Part shown: positions 1-9,005 of the stretch, one piece after another
Layout of the letters: the number at the start of each line of letters is the position of its first letter
Numbering within the stretch: the first letter of the stretch is position 1
Source: Candidatus Hadarchaeota archaeon
GTDB taxonomy: Archaea > CAYQAE01 > CAYVLA01
Direction: 5' to 3'
Assembly: GCA_964621445.1 (NCBI GenBank)
Contig: CAZUNO010000031.1
Span: forward strand, 1 to 29,142
DNA: 29,142 bases
The notes under the pieces: model-generated
What the model was told of the DNA's origin: nothing
Databases searched by the model: none
What the model saw: only the letters and a program-made list of their open reading frames with translations
Translations under genes and position numbers: made by a program

Positions 1-914
1 CCTATGTATATGGTCCCATCCGGTCCAATGCCCGGAGAGGATTTCATATAGTTACCATATATTATCCTCCATTTTAGGCTCCCGTTAGGATGAAAGGCCA
101 TAAAGCCAAGTCCCCACCCACCGATATACACCGTTCCATCGGGACCTACAGCCGGGGATGAGTAAACAGGTGTACCGCCGGTGTGGGGGTGTCCTTTTGA
201 TACGGTGTAGGTCCACTTGATGAGGCCCTTTTCGCCAGTGAGGGCTATGAGCTTGCCGTTATGGGACCCTATGTAAACTGTTCCGTCCGGCCCGATAGCG
301 GGAGAGGTATCCGCATCACCCATGGCCCGGCTCCACTTGACGGTGCCATTGGGGTAAAGCACATGGATATTACTCCCCCCAAAGTAGACACTACCATCAC
401 GGTCGATGGTGGCAGAGGATCGGTCGGCACTCGTTGAGTACTGCCGTTTCAGGCTGCCGTTTGGATGCAGGGCAACGAATCCACACCCTTCACCGCCGAT
501 ATACACCGTTCCATCGTGAGCGATCGCCGGAGAACCCCGCAGGTTAGCCCTGGTATTATAGCTCCATTTGGGTTTACCGTTCCTGGGGTTCAAGGCGTAG
601 AGCCTGTTATTATTCGAGCCCACGTAAACGGTTCCGTCAGGACCTATTGCTGGGGAAGAAACCACCGAATCCGATGTCCAGAATATTCACCTGACGATGA
701 TGTTCTGGGCCCCTAGATATTGACTCCTCCCGGTGTGGCGTGGACCTCCTCGAAACATGGGCCACGGAGAATAGTCTATACCCGACCCATTCGACTCTCC
801 CAGAGAATACCCAAGAACCAATGGGCCGAGAGACAATGCCACAAACCCGCCAAGCAAAGCCCATCTGACCAGACCCGGGACAAAGTCTTTACACAGGAAT
901 CGGTTAAGCGACAA
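1..914 (-). pseudogene. PQQ-binding-like (BamB-family) beta-propeller repeat protein, secreted; interrupted by one in-frame TGA at 687-689; runs off the left edge
   Basis: ORF 687..914 has a hydrophobic leader and SPWPMFRGGPRHTGRS, typical of the N-terminus of these proteins. Manual translation past the TGA in the same frame gives no further stop to base 1 and repeated blades: SSPAIGPDGTVYVGS...LYALNP.NGKPKW, SPAIAHDGTVYIGG, TSPAIGPDGTVYIGS, SSPAVGPDGTVYIGG, SSPGIGPDGTIYIG. Confidence 0.85.
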
Positions 915-1090
915 GAAACCCCCATACTGACACCATTATCGAGGGATTTCAGGCATAAGTAGTTTGCGGTTATGGATTCCGAAGATGGTAAGAGGAAATA
1001 GTTACAATCTTTCAATTTTTTTGGACCTGGAAGTGGTCGAATGAGTGAATCTACTTTCGGATAGGGGAAGCTAGGTATCAAAGCCCGGGT

Positions 1091-1098
1091 TTTATTAA
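1091..1098 (+). promoter_or_regulatory. Candidate archaeal TATA box for the 1134 gene
   Basis: TTTATTAA about 35 nt upstream of ATG 1134 in an AT-rich divergent intergenic region. Confidence 0.4.
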
Positions 1099-1133
1099 AG
1101 TAAGAGGATATTTGTTATCCGGAGTGTTTTTGA

Positions 1134-4097
1134 ATGGATTTCACTAGGGGTTTTGCCTTATTTTTATTATCGGCTCTGTCTTTGTTCATGGTTGTGAATG
1201 AGCCGGTTTGTGCTTCATGTGTTTCTGGGAGTAGTGGTCTTGGGTCCGAGTTTCCATATCTACAATGGAGTCTGGAGTGGAATCGGACCTATGGCGGCGG
1301 TGACCGGGAGAATTTCCGGGATGTGGTGACTGATGACGGTGGATATGTGCTAGCCGGGAGCATAGAGCTTTTTGGTGGTGGGTATGACGCTTGGTTGGTT
1401 AAGGTTGATAGCGAGGGTGTCCTGGAGTGGAGCCAAACCTATGGTGGTGAGGACCGGGAGACTTTGTGGGATGTGGTGGTGACTGGTGACGATGGGTACG
1501 TGCTAGCCGGGTACACAGAGTCTTATGGTGCGGGGGAGGCTGATTTTTGGTTGGTTAAGGTTGATAGCGAGGGGACAGTGGAGTGGAACCAAACCTATGG
1601 GGGGTTTGATGACGATGAGGCGTGGAGTATGGCAGCAACGAGTGATGGTGGTTACATTATAGCAGGAGATACAAGATCCTATGCTGCCGGGAAGACTGAT
1701 GTCTGGCTGGTGAAGGTTGATAGCGAGGGGGTGTTGGAGTGGACCCAGACCTATGGTGGTGAGGATTACGATGGGGGTAGGAGTGTGGTGGAGACTCATG
1801 GAGGTGGATACTTGCTAGCCGGGTATACAAAGTCTTATGGTGCAGGTGGACGTGACGCTTGGTTGGTTAAGGTTGATTGCGAGGGGGTGTTGGAGTGGAA
1901 TCGGACCTATGGTGGTAGCAAATATGATACTGCTCGGGATGTTTTGCAGACCGGTGATGGAGGATATGTCCTAGCTGGACAGACCGAGTCTTTTGGTGCC
2001 GGGTTATATGATTTTTGGTTGGTTAAGGTTGATTGCGAGGGGGTGTTGGAGTGGAATCGGACTTATGGCGGTGAGGACTACGAGTATTTGCAGGATGCAG
2101 CGACCGCCGATGACGGTGGGTATGTCTTGACCGGGCAAACGGAGTCGTATAGTGCCGGGAAGACTGATGCTTGGTTGGTTAAGGTTGATTGCGAGGGTGT
2201 CCTGGAGACTGACCGGGCCTATGGAGGTACTGATTGGGATTGGGGGAGTTCTGTTCTGGGAATTGGTAACGGTATCTATGTCCTGGCCGGGAGTACATCT
2301 TCTTATGGTGCCGAGCTGTCGGATGGTTGGTTATTGAAGGTTGGGCTAGAGCTATCTGGCGATTTGACTGTTTCGGATTTCTCTTCCGATGTTGTTGATG
2401 GAAGTGGGCCTTTAACGGTTAGTTTTGTTGACCGGTCCGAGTCTATTGATCGTGTGGTTTCGTGGCTGTGGGTTTTTGGGGATGGGTCAACCAGTAGGCT
2501 CCAGAACCCTAGCCATACCTATACCCAGATCGGTACCTATACTGTGAGCCTTACCGTGACAGAGGAAGATGGTGATAGTGATGTTGAGACTAAATCAAGA
2601 TACATAACGGTAACCGGTACGGACGAGATGGTTGATAGGCTGGATGTCGAGTGGACCTTCAACACCAGCGCCGTGTTCGACGACAAGGCCTTTGGCGCCG
2701 GTCACCAGGGCTGCCAAACGGTGTGGGATGTCGACGGTGATGGTGTGAACGAGGTTGTTTTCGGCACGCGTTGGGGTGATAGCGAGAGGCTTTGGTGTAT
2801 TGACCAGACCGGTAGCTTTGAGTGGGTCTACCCGGACATAGGTGATGAGGGACTGCCCAACGACCCGTGGGGTGTATCCCTCGTCGACGTTAACAGCGAT
2901 GGGACCTACGAGCTCTGTTTCTCTGGCAGGGGTGGTAGACTCCACGTGTTGAACGGTGACGGTAGCGAGCTCTGGCTATGGGATAACCCTACGGGTGCCC
3001 ATATGCTAGGGCCGCCCCAGGCACATGATGTGGATGGTGACGGGTTCCCGGAGTTCTTCATGAACGATGCGGGTGGTTTTATCCACCGCATCAGCCATGA
3101 AGGAGAACTGGTGTGGACTTCTTTCCAGGCTGGAGGTGCGAATGAAGGGCACCCCACCATCGCCGATATGGATAGGGATGGTAGTTTCGAGGTTTTGTGG
3201 GCGAGCCAGGACCACTATCTCTACTGTGTGGATGCGGCCACTGGCGAGGAGGTGTGGAGGTTTGATTCCGGAGCCAAGATGTATACCAACCCGGTGTTCG
3301 TGGCTGACATCAACAACGATGACCAGTTTGAAGGGTTGGTGTGGAATGATGACCCTGTTAACTCGGTGATAGCGGTCAGTGCTTCCGGGGCCGAGGTAGG
3401 CAGGTGGACCGAGCTACACGGGTCACCTATAAGGTTGACCCCTGCTATGGGAGATGTGGATGATGATGGTCAGCTTGAAATGGCATTGATGTCCGGAGCC
3501 GCTATATACGTGATAGACCTGGCCACCATGGGTATTGAGTGGGAGAGGGATGTCACCCAATGGACCCGGGGAGGCCTCATACCTGGGGGAGCGGTGACCA
3601 ACACCTGGTCTAACTACCCGCTTATCGCCGATATAGACGGGGACCTGGAGCTAGAGATACTCTGGCTATCGCCCTACCCCATCGTTACAGAAGCAGCAAC
3701 CGGAAGGTTAGAGTATTACTACTCTAATGAGCATGTTGATGTTGGCTGGAGGCAGGAGAACGGTGGCTGGTGGGGCGACGTCGACCAGGACGGCGTATCC
3801 GAATGGATCGTCGAACTGAACGGCAACAGCCACACCGAGACACAGCTATACTGCCTAACCGCAGGCGGGAGCTTCCCAGCCCACTCACCTTGGCCGGAGT
3901 ACGTGCACTCCGCCTACCCCGCAGCTTACCAGGCCCAACAGGACTGGATAACCCTAAAGGGCGCGGGGTCCAACTCCGTGTGGTTCCCCATGCCTGAAAT
4001 TCCAGCCATGCCATGGGTCCTTTTGGGCATTGCATTATACCTCATGATCCAAGCTGATAGGATATTGCTTTCATCAGGTCAATGGAGGATCCCTTGA
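1134..4097 (+). CDS. Secreted/surface multidomain protein: signal peptide, 7-repeat beta-propeller, PKD domain, FG-GAP/VCBS-like Ca-binding repeats, C-terminal membrane anchor
   Basis: Hydrophobic N-terminus. Seven W.RTYGG...DGGYVLAG.T.S.GAG..D.WLVKVD.EG.LE repeats. PKD signature PLTVSFVDRS...SWLWVFGDGSTSRLQNPSHTYTQIGTYTVSLTVT (about 2365-2625). Many DVDGDG/DMDRDG/DIDGD motifs. Ends MPEIPAMPWVLLGIALYLM. Confidence 0.9.
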   Translation: MDFTRGFALFLLSALSLFMVVNEPVCASCVSGSSGLGSEFPYLQWSLEWNRTYGGGDRENFRDVVTDDGGYVLAGSIELFGGGYDAWLVKVDSEGVLEWSQTYGGEDRETLWDVVVTGDDGYVLAGYTESYGAGEADFWLVKVDSEGTVEWNQTYGGFDDDEAWSMAATSDGGYIIAGDTRSYAAGKTDVWLVKVDSEGVLEWTQTYGGEDYDGGRSVVETHGGGYLLAGYTKSYGAGGRDAWLVKVDCEGVLEWNRTYGGSKYDTARDVLQTGDGGYVLAGQTESFGAGLYDFWLVKVDCEGVLEWNRTYGGEDYEYLQDAATADDGGYVLTGQTESYSAGKTDAWLVKVDCEGVLETDRAYGGTDWDWGSSVLGIGNGIYVLAGSTSSYGAELSDGWLLKVGLELSGDLTVSDFSSDVVDGSGPLTVSFVDRSESIDRVVSWLWVFGDGSTSRLQNPSHTYTQIGTYTVSLTVTEEDGDSDVETKSRYITVTGTDEMVDRLDVEWTFNTSAVFDDKAFGAGHQGCQTVWDVDGDGVNEVVFGTRWGDSERLWCIDQTGSFEWVYPDIGDEGLPNDPWGVSLVDVNSDGTYELCFSGRGGRLHVLNGDGSELWLWDNPTGAHMLGPPQAHDVDGDGFPEFFMNDAGGFIHRISHEGELVWTSFQAGGANEGHPTIADMDRDGSFEVLWASQDHYLYCVDAATGEEVWRFDSGAKMYTNPVFVADINNDDQFEGLVWNDDPVNSVIAVSASGAEVGRWTELHGSPIRLTPAMGDVDDDGQLEMALMSGAAIYVIDLATMGIEWERDVTQWTRGGLIPGGAVTNTWSNYPLIADIDGDLELEILWLSPYPIVTEAATGRLEYYYSNEHVDVGWRQENGGWWGDVDQDGVSEWIVELNGNSHTETQLYCLTAGGSFPAHSPWPEYVHSAYPAAYQAQQDWITLKGAGSNSVWFPMPEIPAMPWVLLGIALYLMIQADRILLSSGQWRIP
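1272..2345 (+). repeat. Intragenic tandem repeat, 7 units with a 156-bp period
   Basis: The TGG of the WLVKVD motif starts at 1392, 1548, 1704, 1860, 2016, 2172 and 2328, each exactly 156 bp apart. Long identical blocks occur, e.g. tggttggttaaggttgattgcgagggggtgttggagtggaatcggac at 1860 and 2016. Confidence 0.9.
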
Positions 4098-4366
4098 TTC
4101 AGGTTGGTCTGTTTCCATTATTCTCTTGAAGTGGAACCGTTCTGGTGCGATATTTCCTCCGGGGGATCCTTTGATCCTGGAGTTGGCGATCATTATATAC
4201 TGGCTTTATCATCTTCCTTGTCACCTTGATTATGGGCAGGAATCCCACGGTTACCGTATTTGAGCCTGAGCAAAGGGCCTCCCCCGGTCAGCAGGAAGTC
4301 TCAAGCAAGCATGGCCCCAAAGATATCTGATGGGGTTGATGGCCAGCGACCTTGAATATCCGAAAT

Positions 4367-4564
4367 CTAGAGTTGGGGGCACGGGAAAGATGGCAGGGTT
4401 TCTAAACCTTCCCGGCGAACCGGATACCAGGTGGGTATTGGTCCAAGTCCCGGGAGGAATTCCCATCTGCCAACTTGGATGCCTAACCTGGCGGATTGTA
4501 TTGCCCCGCAAACCCCTGCCGGGTCTCCACCAACCACGATGATCTGGGCATTGGTAATGATGAA
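4367..4564 (-). pseudogene. N-terminal remnant of an FAD-dependent oxidoreductase (Rossmann beta-alpha-beta fragment)
   Basis: Manual translation gives IITNAQIIVVGGDPAGVCGAIQSARLGIQV, matching DVVVVGGGPAGxxAAIxxARLG but with GGD for GGG. No ATG start (TAA at 4565-4567 just upstream); similarity is lost after about 30 codons; TAG at 4367-4369. Confidence 0.6.
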
Positions 4565-4581
4565 TTATACCTTTAGCCAGC

Positions 4582-5055
4582 CTAGCTATCCTCTTCTCTC
4601 AGGGCGTGAATTAGGGCCTGATGGGGCCTGTTCTTCACCGAGCTGTGGACGATGAAGGTCTCCGTCTCCCTCATACCCTCCAGTTCATGTATCTCCTTAA
4701 CCAGGGAGCTCAGCTCCTCCTGATCCCTGGTGAGGATCTCCAGCAGCCCGCTGTAGCGACCGAATAGCCTGAAGAACCTGGTGACCTGGGGAATTCTGTC
4801 GATCTCCCTCTCGATATTACGCCTCACGCTCATCTCGGGGTCCTCCTGTATGAAGACGAAGGCCCTTTCCTCCAGGCCGACCTTGGAGGGGTCGATCCTG
4901 GCGCTGACACCCTCGATGAGGCCGGACCCCTCGAATTTCTCGATCTTCTTGGAGACCGTTTGCCTTGAGGCATCGACCCTCTCGGCTATGCTCACCGTTG
5001 TGCGTTCGGCGTCAATGAGAAGCTGGATCAGTATCCTGCGTTCAAGGGCATTCAT
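4582..5055 (-). CDS. Lrp/AsnC family transcriptional regulator
   Basis: N-terminal HTH (LLIDAERTTVSIAERVDASRQTVSKKIEKFEGSGLIEG), linker IDPSKVG, RAM domain (LFGRYSGLLEI...ETETFIV); 157 aa. Confidence 0.92.
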   Translation of the reverse strand: MNALERRILIQLLIDAERTTVSIAERVDASRQTVSKKIEKFEGSGLIEGVSARIDPSKVGLEERAFVFIQEDPEMSVRRNIEREIDRIPQVTRFFRLFGRYSGLLEILTRDQEELSSLVKEIHELEGMRETETFIVHSSVKNRPHQALIHALREEDS

Positions 5056-5093
5056 GTACTGCTAATTGTAAGCGATACTATAAAATGCGGTAG

Positions 5094-5143
5094 TTAACAT
5101 AATGTTAAGTAAGACTTAAAAGATACATCATTATGATAATGAT
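5094..5143. promoter_or_regulatory. Cluster of three palindromic operator-like sites in the divergent lrp/pckG promoter region
   Basis: TTAACAT-A-ATGTTAA (5094-5108), TTAAGT-AAG-ACTTAA (5105-5119) and ATCATTA-TGA-TAATGAT (5127-5143), all perfect inverted repeats, in the 144-bp AT-rich gap between the two start codons. Confidence 0.55.
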
Positions 5144-5199
5144 AGAACTCATTAAATTGTCGAATAGTTAGAAAAGGTATTCATGGTGGTAATAGGACT

Positions 5200-7161
5200 A
5201 TGGTTGAGTTAAGAACCCGTCGGGAACCTGCAAACGTGGAGGAGGTTCTGCTCGAGAAGTGTGGGTTAGAGGGACTTGAGAAGATAGAGATCCTGGAGAA
5301 TCCTCCGGTCAGGGATTTCATAGCCAGATACCTCGAGCATTGCAATCCGGAAAGGGTCTTCGTCAGGGGAGGCCGCAAGGAGGACGCGGAATACATAAGG
5401 CGCAGGGCGATCGAGAAGGGAGAGGAAATTCCCCTTTATATGAAAGGACACACCGTTCACTACGACGGCTATAACGATCAAGCCCGGGACAAGGAAAATA
5501 CAAAATTTCTCCTTGGACCTGGCGAGGAGCTGGGGTCAAACTTCAACTCCACGGACCGGGATAGGGGGCTTAACGAGATACATGGCTATCTTGAGAACAT
5601 AATGAAGGGAAAGGAGGCCTATGTCTGCTTCTTCGGCCTGGGCCCCATGGACTCCGAGTTCTGCATACCTGCATTGCAGATCACCGATTCCGCCTACGTA
5701 GCCCACTCCGAGGATATACTGTACCGGGATGGCTATGACATCTTTAGAAAGTCAGATATGGAAAGTGAGCGGGAGATCTTCAAGTTCGTGCATTCAGCCG
5801 GTCCCCTAAAGGGGGCGGTGTCTAAGGACATCGAGAAGAGAAGGATCTACACCGATCTAAGGTCTAACACCATATACTCGGTCAATACCCAGTACGGGGG
5901 AAACACCATAGGCGCCAAAAAGCTGGCCATGCGCCTGGCAATCAGGAAGGCCGACCGGGAGGGTTGGCTTACGGAACACATGTTCATCATGGGGGTCAAC
6001 GGCCCCGGCGGGAGGACCTCCTACTTCGCGGGAGCCTTCCCGTCAGCCTGTGGAAAGACGTCCACATCAATGATTAAGGGAGAGACCCTAGTGGGCGATG
6101 ATATAGCTTATCTTCGGGAGATCGATGGCGAGGTCCGAGCAGTGAATCCGGAAAGGGGGGTATTTGGAATAATGAGGGATGTCAACCCCGAGGACGACCC
6201 CCTGATATGGGATGCCGTCACCTCCCCGGGTGAGGTTATACTTTCCAATCTATTGTCATGCGAGGGCAAGCCATACTGGCTGGGCATGGGATGCGAGGTG
6301 CCCGAAAAAGGACTGAACCATTCCGGCGAGTGGTGGAAGGGAAAGAAGGACCAAAATGGGGAGCCGATAGGCTTTGCTCACCGTAACGCCAGGTACGCGG
6401 TCAGGATATCCGACTTGGAGAATATGGATCCAAATCTGAATAATCCAAGTGGAATTAGGCTTCGAGGCATAATATACGGAGCCAGGGATGCCGACACCTG
6501 GCTGCCCGTGCAGGAGGCATTTGGCTGGGAACACGGGGTCATAACTATGGGAGCCATTCTCGAGTCGGAGACCACCTTTGCCACCCTGGGTAAGGCTGGA
6601 CTGCGCAGGTTCAATCCCATGGCCAACCTCGATTTCCTATCCATTCCCATCGGCAAGTATGTGAGAAATCACCTGGAGTTCGGGAGAAAGCTAAGGGATA
6701 CCCCCTGCATATTCTCCGTGAACTACTTTTTGAAATCGGAGGAAGGAGAGTACCTAAACGAGATCGACGACAAGAGGGTATGGCTAAAATGGATGGAACT
6801 CCGGGCCAACGGGGATCTGGAAGCCATAGAGACCCCCATGGGATACTCACCCCTCTATGAGGACCTCAAGGGACTGTTCTGGAAGGTTCTGGGCAGGAAA
6901 TACTCCAGAGAGGAGTACGAGGCGCAGTTTAAGATCAGAGTAGGCAAAAACCTCCAAAAGATCGAGAGGATGATGGATCTGTACCAAAACGAGGTCCGTG
7001 GGACCCCGGAGAGGCTATTCACCGTCCTCGAGAGACAGAGGGAGAGGCTGCTAGAGGCCAGAGAGAAGTTCGGTAACTATATTCTACCTAGGAATCTAAA
7101 GAAGGCAGGTAGTGTGGATTCAGGCGAGCCAAGACCCTTAATGACCACCTATTCCGAATAG
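5200..7161 (+). CDS. pckG: Phosphoenolpyruvate carboxykinase (GTP)
   Basis: Family motifs NTQYGGNTIGAKKLAMR, WLTEHMFIMG, AFPSACGKTS (P-loop), VGDDIAY, NPERGVFG, HRNARY, FSVNYF; 653 aa. Confidence 0.96.
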   Translation: MVELRTRREPANVEEVLLEKCGLEGLEKIEILENPPVRDFIARYLEHCNPERVFVRGGRKEDAEYIRRRAIEKGEEIPLYMKGHTVHYDGYNDQARDKENTKFLLGPGEELGSNFNSTDRDRGLNEIHGYLENIMKGKEAYVCFFGLGPMDSEFCIPALQITDSAYVAHSEDILYRDGYDIFRKSDMESEREIFKFVHSAGPLKGAVSKDIEKRRIYTDLRSNTIYSVNTQYGGNTIGAKKLAMRLAIRKADREGWLTEHMFIMGVNGPGGRTSYFAGAFPSACGKTSTSMIKGETLVGDDIAYLREIDGEVRAVNPERGVFGIMRDVNPEDDPLIWDAVTSPGEVILSNLLSCEGKPYWLGMGCEVPEKGLNHSGEWWKGKKDQNGEPIGFAHRNARYAVRISDLENMDPNLNNPSGIRLRGIIYGARDADTWLPVQEAFGWEHGVITMGAILESETTFATLGKAGLRRFNPMANLDFLSIPIGKYVRNHLEFGRKLRDTPCIFSVNYFLKSEEGEYLNEIDDKRVWLKWMELRANGDLEAIETPMGYSPLYEDLKGLFWKVLGRKYSREEYEAQFKIRVGKNLQKIERMMDLYQNEVRGTPERLFTVLERQRERLLEAREKFGNYILPRNLKKAGSVDSGEPRPLMTTYSE

Positions 7162-7235
7162 GCTCCTTTTCTCCCCCCAGCAATTCGAAATCATATCAGG
7201 TGATGGCTATGACCTGGGCCGGATTCTAATAAGGG

Positions 7236-8960
7236 CTAGTCGGATCTATCCTTTATCCTAAATATTAGCCTGGACCCCAATTCCTGGGTGTGGTAGATCC
7301 TCTGTTCCGCAGGTTGCATGTCAGCTTCCATGAGGTCATTCCTGCCGGTGTTGTGGTTCCTGTCGAAGTTGGGAAAATCGCTGCTGGTTATCTCCAGTCT
7401 GATCCTGTGGCCCTTATTGAAATGGCAGGCGGTGGGGCCTAAAGATATATCGAACTGGGTTACCTCTCCTGGAGTTAATAATTCCTCCCTATCCATCGAG
7501 TTCCGGTACCTGGCACGGATCATCCCGTAGGAGACCTCCAGGGCAGGGCCCGAGGGATCTTCATCGACCAACCTGGCGAAGAAATCGGTATCTCGAGCCG
7601 ATGATGAGGCGAATAACACCACCTTTGGATTCCCGACCACCTCCACCTCCTCCTCTAGTGGCGGGGTTCTGTAGTAGAGTATGTCATTCCTGTACTCCAG
7701 CGACCTCCTGTCGGAGGGGACGGTGAACAGCCTTTCAGTCCAGAGGGTGGGAACCGGGTTTTTGGGGTCGTAGGTGAAACCGTCCTGGGGCCCGTTTCCC
7801 GCTCTTCCCCGTTCCAGACGACCCGTGCCATTCACATCCCCAGCATCTCCATCGCTATCCAGGAAATATACCACATTCCGGTCACCATCAGGAGGCCAGG
7901 TGTCGGCACTCCTCCAGCGGTTGGAGCCCATTACGAAGTACCTAACGGCGGGCAATGCGCAGGTACCGTTTTCTATACCCTTTAGCCAGTAGTTGAACCA
8001 CCGTATTATCTCATCCTGCATATCCACCGAGGCCTGAGGGCCGAAATCGAATTCTCCGGTTGATCTCTCTCCAAGTGAGGCGTGGCTCCAGGGCCCGATA
8101 ACCAGTTTGGAACTTTCCCTGGCCATTTGGGTTGTAGCGTGCTGCTGCATCCCGCTCAGGTGTTCAATGGTTCCGTTGCAGTGATCGAACCACCCGCTAA
8201 AATCGAGGTTGGGAACCTCGATCTCCTCGTGTGCCTCATCGAATTTCCATGGCCTCGCCGTTGGGTTGGAAAGCCAACCATCCACGTGTTCGGCCAGTCC
8301 CTGGGGAAGGAATTGTGGCAGCTGACCCCAGGGCATGAAATATAGCCACCTGGAAGCCTCGATGTGGTCCCAGATCTCTCTGGCCTTCTTCGCGGTGTGG
8401 GGAGGCGGGAGGCCCCGGCGCTTTCTTATATCCGGGGATATGCTAGTGAACCACCAGTGGACTCTTCTGGCCGCCCGGAAGGCGCCCGGATAGTCCAGGT
8501 CCGTTAGCTCGACCGGTATGGAGAAAGCGCACATCGCCACCAGGTGTGGCGGTCTGAGCCTGGCCAGCATCCACTGCATCCAGGCGTTGTAGGAGGCTCC
8601 CATCGTTCCAACCTTCCCGTTACAGTAAGGCTGGGCGGCCAGCCACTCCACGGTGTCGTACCCATCCTCCGCATCTCCCGTTTCCTCAACACAGAAGGGC
8701 GTATACTCCCCCTGGGAGTCATACCTGCCCCGTGTATCCTGGTTAACGATGACATATCCGGCCCTGACCAAACGCCGGTAACCTGCTGGCACCGATCCAT
8801 CCGCCCTGTGCTTTCCATAGGGCGTTCTCTCCAGGATGGCCGGAAACTCCTCGCTGGAATCCGGCCTGTATACATTTGCCCGTAATAGGGTCCCATCCCG
8901 CATGGGCACGTCAACGTTCTCCTCCGTGATCGTTCCCAGGGAGTTAAAACCGGATGTCAA
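7236..8960 (-). CDS. CocE/NonD family serine hydrolase (peptidase S15-like)
   Basis: VPMRDGTLLRANVYRP, ERTPYGK, QDTRGRYDSQG, nucleophile GASY, GWFD, IGPWSH, C-terminal GHRIRLEITSSDFPNFDRNHNTG. TTG start; no signal peptide. Confidence 0.93.
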   Translation of the reverse strand: MTSGFNSLGTITEENVDVPMRDGTLLRANVYRPDSSEEFPAILERTPYGKHRADGSVPAGYRRLVRAGYVIVNQDTRGRYDSQGEYTPFCVEETGDAEDGYDTVEWLAAQPYCNGKVGTMGASYNAWMQWMLARLRPPHLVAMCAFSIPVELTDLDYPGAFRAARRVHWWFTSISPDIRKRRGLPPPHTAKKAREIWDHIEASRWLYFMPWGQLPQFLPQGLAEHVDGWLSNPTARPWKFDEAHEEIEVPNLDFSGWFDHCNGTIEHLSGMQQHATTQMARESSKLVIGPWSHASLGERSTGEFDFGPQASVDMQDEIIRWFNYWLKGIENGTCALPAVRYFVMGSNRWRSADTWPPDGDRNVVYFLDSDGDAGDVNGTGRLERGRAGNGPQDGFTYDPKNPVPTLWTERLFTVPSDRRSLEYRNDILYYRTPPLEEEVEVVGNPKVVLFASSSARDTDFFARLVDEDPSGPALEVSYGMIRARYRNSMDREELLTPGEVTQFDISLGPTACHFNKGHRIRLEITSSDFPNFDRNHNTGRNDLMEADMQPAEQRIYHTQELGSRLIFRIKDRSD

Positions 8961-9005
8961 TTCAGTGATCCCTCGATGCTGGCACCAAAAAACCGTGAAC
9001 CCATT

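Noticed and set aside
687-689. TGA as selenocysteine or genome-wide TGA=Trp recoding
   Set aside because: The aligned position is a structural Trp, not Cys. TGA is a normal stop elsewhere (4095-4097, 23403-23405, 28909-28911, and the ATGA overlaps in the hyd operon), and TGG is used throughout.
1272-2345. CRISPR array or diversity-generating retroelement repeat pair
   Set aside because: The 156-bp period is in frame and protein-coding, the intervening parts are homologous to each other, and the window has no cas gene or reverse transcriptase.
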